Below are positions 52,642 to 58,629 of a stretch of 58,629 nt of DNA, piece after piece. Every line of letters begins with the position of its first letter. Within the stretch, counting starts at the first letter, position 1. Made by a program: the position numbers and the translations under genes. Below the pieces are notes generated by a model, which had not been told where the DNA came from, ran no database searches, and was given only the letters and a program-made list of their open reading frames with translations. The stretch is from a virus (lineage: Duplodnaviria; Caudoviricetes), in IMG/VR virus record IMGVR_UViG_3300017652_000001, positions 1 through 58,629 of that record; one strand, 5' to 3'.

Positions 52642-54285
52642 ATGCGCTTGTCCCTCGATATCTCCCTCTCCGGCATGCTCACCATGAACAAGGGCGGTGG
52701 GGGCGGCATTCCGTCATGGGTGCCGAAAGACGGTTCCGGCGTCCCCGCCATTCTTGTCCTCGACCAGGCGAATGATCGCGGCTGGTACAGCAGCGCTGCT
52801 TATTCGACAGAGGCAGCGGCGCTAGCGGCAGTTGATGGATCCGCATCGGGGATCGCCAGGACTGTCGGGAATTATGTCCCGACGGATGCCGCCGAGCTTT
52901 TGCCCAACGGCGATTTCTCCGCAGGGATTGGCGATTGGACCGGCTTGAACGGCGCGGCCGGTACTGTCGTGGATGGTGCCTTGCAGATGGTCGGGGATGG
53001 TAGCACGGCCAACCCGACTGTGCGTTCCGGGGCAGCGGCTACGGTGCAGGGACACTATTATGTCGGACGTGCAGATTATAAGAAAGGTACGTCTCTCGGC
53101 AGTCCTCTGATCATCATCAGTCGCGCCTCTACTATGTCGCCGCTCAGCAACAGCATGCCGGCTACGAGCTCGACCGAGTACGTCTCAGGGATTCGCGGCT
53201 TCGGCGGTGAAGGTGCATCGGCCTATATGGGCTTGCGCACGGTAAGCGCTAGCAACGGAACTTCTTTTGCCGATGGCTTCTCGTTGATGGAGGGTTCCGC
53301 CTTCGCAGGATTCAAGCCTTCCGAGTTCGCCGCCATTATCAACTTCCGAATGCCTGTCTCGCTGCCTGCCTCGGCTAAGGTGCTGTTCTCCTTCGACGAC
53401 AGCGGCGCCCGCAATCGTTACCGGGCTGCTCTGAATGCTGACGGCACCATGTCGTTGATCCTGACCAGTAACGGCGTAGATCGTGCCACCTATACAGTTC
53501 CGGCCGACCTGCTGCCCGTCGATACGGATCACAAGTTGCACATCACGTCCAACGGATTGATGGCTAGCGGCTCAGATCGCTTCCTAGCCGCGCTTGATGA
53601 CGTCAATCTCTTCGGTAGCCAAGGCGGCTTCACGCCCCCCGGCTGCGGGTGGGTGCGTATCGGAGCCTCGCCGACCGCTGGCGAGGAATGGACCGGGCAG
53701 ATCTACAATGCCGCCATATTCGATCACGCGGTTGTGCCAGAGTATTTCCTGTGGGCTGTCGGTGACAGCTACGTTGCGGGAGTTGCTGGAGCAAGCGTTG
53801 AGGGTGGCATCGAGGCATCATCCTCCCGGCAGGTGATATCGACCGGTGCCGGCGGTAGCACTATATCCACTCAGCTTGCTAACATGCAGGCCAGGCCGGA
53901 CCTATCTGGCAACCCCCTTGTCTTTTGGGATGGAGATGCCAACGGGGCCAATCTTGCGGCTGACCAGACCGTGTTCGAGGCCATGGCTGCTATCAGCTCG
54001 AAGCACATCTTCGTCGGATCGGGCCGTCGCGCCAACAACACGGATATCGCCGCAGCGACGAACGAACGGAATGACTGGCTCTCGTCTCGCTTCGGCGATC
54101 GGTATCTCGACCCACACCCGACCCTTTATGCGCTGTCGGATGGATCGGCCGGCGACATAGCCGCCGTCGCCGCTCAGCAAATCCCGCCTTCCTGTCTGCA
54201 AGGCGACGGAACGCATCTGACGCCGACCGCTATGACGGCTGTAGGTGCGGCGATCGTGGCGAAGGTTGCCGCGCTCGGGTTCTGA
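52642..54285 (+). CDS. Carbohydrate-binding-like domains plus SGNH/GDSL hydrolase domain
   Basis: ELLPNGDFS..W (CBM-like), LamG-like middle, VGDSY...GAGG...N...DGTH. Confidence 0.7.
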   Translation: MRLSLDISLSGMLTMNKGGGGGIPSWVPKDGSGVPAILVLDQANDRGWYSSAAYSTEAAALAAVDGSASGIARTVGNYVPTDAAELLPNGDFSAGIGDWTGLNGAAGTVVDGALQMVGDGSTANPTVRSGAAATVQGHYYVGRADYKKGTSLGSPLIIISRASTMSPLSNSMPATSSTEYVSGIRGFGGEGASAYMGLRTVSASNGTSFADGFSLMEGSAFAGFKPSEFAAIINFRMPVSLPASAKVLFSFDDSGARNRYRAALNADGTMSLILTSNGVDRATYTVPADLLPVDTDHKLHITSNGLMASGSDRFLAALDDVNLFGSQGGFTPPGCGWVRIGASPTAGEEWTGQIYNAAIFDHAVVPEYFLWAVGDSYVAGVAGASVEGGIEASSSRQVISTGAGGSTISTQLANMQARPDLSGNPLVFWDGDANGANLAADQTVFEAMAAISSKHIFVGSGRRANNTDIAAATNERNDWLSSRFGDRYLDPHPTLYALSDGSAGDIAAVAAQQIPPSCLQGDGTHLTPTAMTAVGAAIVAKVAALGF

Positions 54286-54303
54286 CCAAGCACTTGGCGA
54301 TCC

Positions 54304-54531
54304 TTATTTGTCCGCGTGTCCTGCCGCCGCGATTTCGTAAAGCGCATCAAAAGCCTGCGCCACGCTACCTGCGGCCAGTGCGGCGTCTGGATAAGTGCCG
54401 AGCAGACAGCGCAACTCCTCTTCGGCCAACCCGAGCAGATAGGAGAGAAGTCCTGTGCCAGATTCCCTTCCGGCTAAAAGGCGGCACGCTTCGATATGCT
54501 TCTGGATCGTCGTCAAATTGCTCATGTTCAA
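54304..54531 (-). CDS. Hypothetical protein
   Basis: LLSYLLGLAEEE helix; RBS upstream. Confidence 0.55.
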   Translation of the reverse strand: MNMSNLTTIQKHIEACRLLAGRESGTGLLSYLLGLAEEELRCLLGTYPDAALAAGSVAQAFDALYEIAAAGHADK

Positions 54532-54874
54532 CCCCCGTCATAGTATTTTGCTACCATGAGGTGGTGGCGGGTTTGATCCTGCTGTTTTGAGGGGAAAAGC
54601 GGTAATCCACAGTGAAGTTTTCGCCCCAGCGCTCCATTCATAAAGGATGGGATAAGCGGCGGCCGGAGCGTCCACACATCCCCGGCCGCTTCTACTCGCA
54701 AACAAGTATCTCACCACGTGCACATGAGCGGCCTGACCTTACGGACGGATGCCGGCTGGTCAACCCTGGGATATCGTCTCATGAAGTTCCGCCACACCGA
54801 GCCGTTCAAGGTCGCGTGCATCGCGGCCTTCGTGCTGATCACCGTCGCTTCATGGTTCTGGTAGGAGGGGCGCA

Positions 54875-55141
54875 TTGGAAAGCCTTCCCGGCGAAGTAGC
54901 TACATGGCTGCTCAATCAGGGCCCGCTCGGGTTCACCACCCTCATGGGCTTCGCTCTCTACGTCTATGAACGCTATGCCCGTCAGAAGGACCGCGAGGCC
55001 TACGACACGGCTCTCAAGGCCGCGCAGGCAGAGCATATCGAAACCTTGAAAACTGTCACGCCGCTGGCCCAGAAGTTCACCGACACGATGGATGTCATCC
55101 TGCCGCTCGCCATGGCGCAGCTAAACAGGAGGTCGGAATGA
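54875..55141 (+). CDS. Holin-like single-TM protein
   Basis: AGGAGG RBS, TTG start, QGPLG-TM-coiled coil. Confidence 0.6.
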   Translation: MESLPGEVATWLLNQGPLGFTTLMGFALYVYERYARQKDREAYDTALKAAQAEHIETLKTVTPLAQKFTDTMDVILPLAMAQLNRRSE

Positions 55142-55329
55142 GCCTGTTTTCATGGTGGAGCCGGCCGAAACACGAGCCGGTCGGCTTGGACCCGCAGACA
55201 GAGAATGAAAAGCGGGAACTCAAGGGAGATCTCGCCCAACGGGTGATGACATTCGAGCGGAGGCGGAATCGGGTGCATAACATCGCAGTGCAGGCAGTGC
55301 AGAGCATGAGAGAGGAACACGGTCGATGA
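55138..55329 (+). CDS. Hypothetical protein
   Basis: AGGAGG RBS; coupled to neighbours. Confidence 0.7.
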   Translation: MSLFSWWSRPKHEPVGLDPQTENEKRELKGDLAQRVMTFERRRNRVHNIAVQAVQSMREEHGR

Positions 55330-55802
55330 AGCGGCTCAAGACAAGCATAGCCGCGTGGTCGGCTCTTTTCGCGGTCGTCGGCTTCTGGATATCCAACCAG
55401 TTGCTATCTTATGATCGCATGCTGGAGGTATCGTCGAGCCTCGTCTTCGGTGTCGCCTTTACGGTACTTATTCGCTGGGCCGGCGATGCCTATCGGTCTC
55501 TTCGCGCCGGCCGGGAAGGATCAGAGTTCCTGATCGTGTCGGTCTTCTCGATCGTGCTGATCATCTTCCTTCAGCGTGTTTGGGTGATCGTCCTCCGGAT
55601 CTACGACAGGGCTGATTGGTTGGTGAGCTCGCCGGTGAGCTCGTTCATCGCCTGGATGATGGCGTGGGCCTGCACGCTTGCCCTTATCGCTCCCGATATC
55701 GAGAATGGAGCTATCCCCAGCCGGAGCCGCATCCTGATCGGCGTGGCGCTCTTTGTCGCCGGCCTGATGTCCGGCATCAGCATTGCGCTGTCGCTCAGCT
55801 AA
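55326..55802 (+). CDS. Multi-TM membrane protein
   Basis: About five hydrophobic helices. Confidence 0.75.
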   Translation: MKRLKTSIAAWSALFAVVGFWISNQLLSYDRMLEVSSSLVFGVAFTVLIRWAGDAYRSLRAGREGSEFLIVSVFSIVLIIFLQRVWVIVLRIYDRADWLVSSPVSSFIAWMMAWACTLALIAPDIENGAIPSRSRILIGVALFVAGLMSGISIALSLS

Positions 55803-55888
55803 AGCAACCGCATCACCATCGCCGCGAGCTGAAGCAGGATGAAAGCCGCGACGATCAAGAGCAGAACCCGTCCCGGCAGAAGGTGCAT
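55799..55888 (-). CDS. 29-aa hydrophobic peptide
   Basis: AAGGA RBS; MHLLPGRVLLLIVAAFILLQLAAMVMRLL. Confidence 0.4.
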   Translation of the reverse strand: MHLLPGRVLLLIVAAFILLQLAAMVMRLL

Positions 55889-55890
55889 GG

Positions 55891-56064
55891 CTAGTCCTTG
55901 TTGAACGGCTTATGGAGGTAGTGTTCCGAGCAATGCCAGACCGGCCGCTCTGCCTTCGATCGTGCATAGCCGAACCCGCCCCACTTCGTGCATCCCGGAT
56001 GCTCGCACCAATGCTCCGCCTCGTTAGGAGCGGCGGGATGGGTTGAAGTCCGATCGTCTATCAT
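55891..56064 (-). CDS. 57-aa Cys/His protein (not in the ORF track)
   Basis: HWCEHPGCTKWGGFGY...WHCSEH; ATGA-coupled. Confidence 0.7.
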   Translation of the reverse strand: MIDDRTSTHPAAPNEAEHWCEHPGCTKWGGFGYARSKAERPVWHCSEHYLHKPFNKD

Positions 56065-56408
56065 GGCGATATGTGCCCCTTCTGCCTTCCCTCCCGGGTC
56101 GCTAAACCAAGGGCGACGGATTTCACACGGTCAGACATTCCAGGCCAATCTCCCCGCAGCATCCGATCATAACAGTCCTCAGCCGCTTTTGCGGCCAACC
56201 TTGCCGTCTCTGCTGCGCCCCCAGCAGGACAAAGGGCGGGACCGTGGCGGCTTTCCGATAGCCCAGCGAACCAGAGCCAGTTCCCCATGTGATGAGCATA
56301 AATACGGCCGACCGTCCATTCCCCGTCAAATCCGGTGAAGTGGTCTTTCGTGTCCGGCCAGGTGAGGCGCCACCGATAGCGGGGCTTAGGTTCATCTTCT
56401 GATGACAT
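56061..56408 (-). CDS. Hypothetical protein
   Basis: PRYRWRLTW...DG...GRI...W.W; GAGGA RBS. Confidence 0.7.
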   Translation of the reverse strand: MSSEDEPKPRYRWRLTWPDTKDHFTGFDGEWTVGRIYAHHMGNWLWFAGLSESRHGPALCPAGGAAETARLAAKAAEDCYDRMLRGDWPGMSDRVKSVALGLATREGRQKGHISP

Positions 56409-56507
56409 GCGGAATCGTCCTCGTTCGAGACCGGCCGCATCGGTCATATGTTGATCAGGCCCGCCACCTACGGGTGAGGGGATAGATTCCGCATATGGTC
56501 TCCTCAG

Positions 56508-56759
56508 TCAAGCGACCTCGGCAGAGGATTTTCTACGCCAAGGGAAATCCATGCCCTGCACCATGTGACAGGGGGAGCACATATATTCATTTCTGTTGTC
56601 ACGGAACAAAATCACCCCGTCGAGATAGAAGTGAGTGCCGCCGCCGTTGAATATAGGTTTTTGAACCCTGTAAACGGGCTTCCCGCACCGGCAGCATTGG
56701 CCCGCTACATCGCTCGTAGCATATCGGTCTGAAACGGAACCAAAGACATTTTCATTCAT
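56508..56759 (-). CDS. Small Zn-binding protein
   Basis: CCRCG...CSPC; GGAGG RBS. Confidence 0.65.
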   Translation of the reverse strand: MNENVFGSVSDRYATSDVAGQCCRCGKPVYRVQKPIFNGGGTHFYLDGVILFRDNRNEYMCSPCHMVQGMDFPWRRKSSAEVA

Positions 56760-57081
56760 CGCAGATGACCTCCTCCCGGCTATATGTCCAAGTCGTCGTC
56801 GGGATCGTCACCGGGACACTTGTCGCAGTGATATGAAGATTTTCGCATCCTGAGATCAAGAGCGCAGGCTTATCCATATACTCCGCAACGATATTGTATC
56901 TTCCGAACGCCTCTATAACGACCACGTCGCATTGGAAGCAAAAGTCACCGAAACGGTTTTCTATTTCGAGAGGGGTAACCTCGAACATCCATTCCGGAAC
57001 GGCTTCACCTCTCTTGAAGGTGGCAACTATCACCGGCCGCGAAACATTATCCATGTCGGTTCTCCAGGCATGCGGATGCAT
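56752..57081 (-). CDS. Hypothetical protein
   Basis: In the run of genes downstream of int; start uncertain. Confidence 0.6.
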   Translation of the reverse strand: MHPHAWRTDMDNVSRPVIVATFKRGEAVPEWMFEVTPLEIENRFGDFCFQCDVVVIEAFGRYNIVAEYMDKPALLISGCENLHITATSVPVTIPTTTWTYSREEVICDE

Positions 57082-57093
57082 GCAGTTAAGCCA

Positions 57094-57321
57094 TTAAACC
57101 TCCCTGGTCCCGGGTTTCTTCAATACCCCGGCACACGCATCTTTCGCGTCTTCCAGCGAATTTCCCTCGAATATGAGCTTACCGTCTCGATAAGCTTCGA
57201 ACCGTGGGGAAAATGGAGAGTCATCAATAATCAGGTAGGTACCGCAGGCGCTCACACAATCCCGGTATCCTCTTGCTATCGGCTTGTCGATCCATTCAAT
57301 CATGCTGTTGCTCATCTCCAC
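57094..57321 (-). CDS. Hypothetical protein
   Basis: AGGAG RBS; follows int. Confidence 0.65.
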   Translation of the reverse strand: MEMSNSMIEWIDKPIARGYRDCVSACGTYLIIDDSPFSPRFEAYRDGKLIFEGNSLEDAKDACAGVLKKPGTREV

Positions 57322-57336
57322 ATCTCCTATAGGCCC

Positions 57337-58446
57337 CTAGAGGGGGTTCTTCAGCGGGTTCCATTTCCAGTTTTCGTATTTGTCGCCCGTCTGCCGAATA
57401 TGGGCGTATCGTTTCAGGCTCGCCCATGACCGATGCCCCGAGACGGTGGCGACATGCGGGATATCCATTCCTATTTCGAATAGTCTGCTTACACCCTCAT
57501 GCCGCAAATCGTGGAAATGAAGATCCACCACGCCGACGACCGGGCAAGCGCGCGTGAAATTGGCGCTTGCGGTTCGGTGATTGTACGGGAAAATCAGTTC
57601 TCCCGCTTTCGGCATTGAATCGATAACCGCCATGGCCTCCGCCGGCAAATCGCACCATACATCATTGCCGATCTTCTGCCCTGGGTGCTTCATGTCGCGC
57701 ACGAGGATTCGCTTGTTCTCCGGCTGGTAGTCTTCCCAGCGAAGGATAGTGATTTCCTCCTGCCGCCGCGTCGAGAACAAGGCAAACAGGATTAGCTTAT
57801 CCATCGGCATAGAGTTCGGCATACGCTCATTGCGCTCGGTGAAATGCTTCATGAGCTTGTCCAATTCCGCCAGGGTAGGGCGACGATCCCGGCTCTCGCT
57901 CTTGCTGATGACGCCCATACGGCTGTTGACGGTAAAGGCATCCCTGAACGCCTGCTGGTCAAGATTGTAGCCCCACATAGGCCGCGCTACGGCAAACACC
58001 GCGCCAAGGTGAGACATGTAGTTCCCGACCGTCTGAGGTTTCCTTGGCGTCCACTCCTCGTCCTCTGCTGCTACCCAGCCCTTTTGCATATCATCTGCAA
58101 AGCTGGACACATCCGCGCTCGTGATCTCCCCGCACTTCATCGCAGCGATCGGATGCTTTTTGATCAGGTCAAGGCATTGCGCCTTAGTCCGGCCGATCTC
58201 CTTGCGGGATTCCCCCACGTACTTTCCTATCGCCTCTGCCAGCGTCACGTCTGGCTTTTTGAGCGCGTCCAGAGCCCCGGGCTCGGCAAGCTGCGTCTCG
58301 CGCTTCCGTAGCCATTGCGAAGCCGCTTGCTTCCTTTCGAATGTCTGCGCCTCAGTGTGCACGATAACTCCGTCTCGCTTTATGCGTATCTGTGCGGTAT
58401 AACCTTTTGAGCCGTCCTTGCGCTTCCGCTCTGTGATGGTCCCCAT
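57337..58446 (-). CDS. int: DusA-associated tyrosine integrase
   Basis: STRRQEEI, K, FHDLRHEG.SRLFE, SGHRSW.SLKRY catalytic residues; MGTITERKRKDG..YTAQIR N-terminus. Confidence 0.95.
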   Translation of the reverse strand: MGTITERKRKDGSKGYTAQIRIKRDGVIVHTEAQTFERKQAASQWLRKRETQLAEPGALDALKKPDVTLAEAIGKYVGESRKEIGRTKAQCLDLIKKHPIAAMKCGEITSADVSSFADDMQKGWVAAEDEEWTPRKPQTVGNYMSHLGAVFAVARPMWGYNLDQQAFRDAFTVNSRMGVISKSESRDRRPTLAELDKLMKHFTERNERMPNSMPMDKLILFALFSTRRQEEITILRWEDYQPENKRILVRDMKHPGQKIGNDVWCDLPAEAMAVIDSMPKAGELIFPYNHRTASANFTRACPVVGVVDLHFHDLRHEGVSRLFEIGMDIPHVATVSGHRSWASLKRYAHIRQTGDKYENWKWNPLKNPL

Positions 58447-58450
58447 GTCA

Positions 58451-58487
58451 GTGCTACATTGCTCCCCTCGATGCTACGCCGTAGCAT
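58451..58487. repeat. Putative arm-type sites at the right end
   Basis: GTGCTACA 58451-58458, ATGCTACG 58471-58478, CGTAGCAT 58480-58487. Confidence 0.5.
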
Positions 58488-58555
58488 CCACGCCTCAGAA
58501 ATGAGAGTCAACGGGCGGCGACAGGATAAAATAAGAGGAAACGAGACAGCCGGAA

Positions 58556-58629
58556 ATGCCTGCATCGCAAGGGAAATCCTTATATTCCAACGGCAAGATA
58601 TTTGCCGTGGCCCCGATGATCGACTGGAC
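58556..58629 (+). CDS. dusA: Phage-supplied replacement 5' end of tRNA-dihydrouridine synthase A (runs off the window)
   Basis: MPASQGKSLYSNGKIFAVAPMIDW(T); FAVAPMxDWT is the DusA N-terminal motif. Confidence 0.85.
   Translation, partial: MPASQGKSLYSNGKIFAVAPMIDW
58613..58629 (+). repeat. Right att core
   Basis: Identical to 1-17. Confidence 0.95.

Larger units (their letters stand above)
1..58629. mobile_element. Complete P22-like temperate prophage integrated in dusA
   Basis: Terminal 17-bp direct repeat, tyrosine integrase, cI/cro switch, replication genes, terminase-portal-scaffold-coat, ejection proteins, tailspike and lysis genes. Confidence 0.96.

Noticed and set aside
54724-54864. 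46-aa TM peptide upstream of the holin-like gene
   Set aside because: Start ambiguous and no clear RBS
56442-56500. Possible LexA boxes GGTC-N7-GATC and ATTC-N7-GGTC
   Set aside because: Both half-sites are mismatched in each; too degenerate to call
1-58629. CRISPR array, DGR/retron, IS element, invertible tail cassette
   Set aside because: No spaced repeats, reverse transcriptase, transposase or invertase recognised by eye

Overview
The window is one complete temperate prophage of about 58.6 kb with a P22-like (podovirus) virion module. The host is alphaproteobacterial, most likely Rhizobiaceae, judged from GapR, BrnTA, an RkpT/KpsM homologue and GTTC-N7-GTTC LexA boxes. A 17-bp direct repeat (CCGATGATCGACTGGAC) bounds the element inside the 5' end of dusA, and the phage supplies a replacement dusA N-terminus. 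Gene order: PrtN-like excisionase and leftward early/recombination genes; immunity region (17-bp operators, BstA homologue with an aba-like element, Arc, peptidase-less CI, Cro); rightward early, methylation and replication genes; NusG-type late antiterminator followed by a structured leader; BrnTA; head, tail and ejection genes; two tail receptor-binding proteins; a surface-polysaccharide moron (GT2, FkbM methyltransferase, orphan KpsM); lysis genes; integrase. The most notable observations are the orphan capsule-export permease cassette next to the tailspike, the BstA/aba pair, SOS boxes beside a non-cleavable repressor, and several structured-RNA regions. All protein calls come from motif recognition by eye and no database searches were run.
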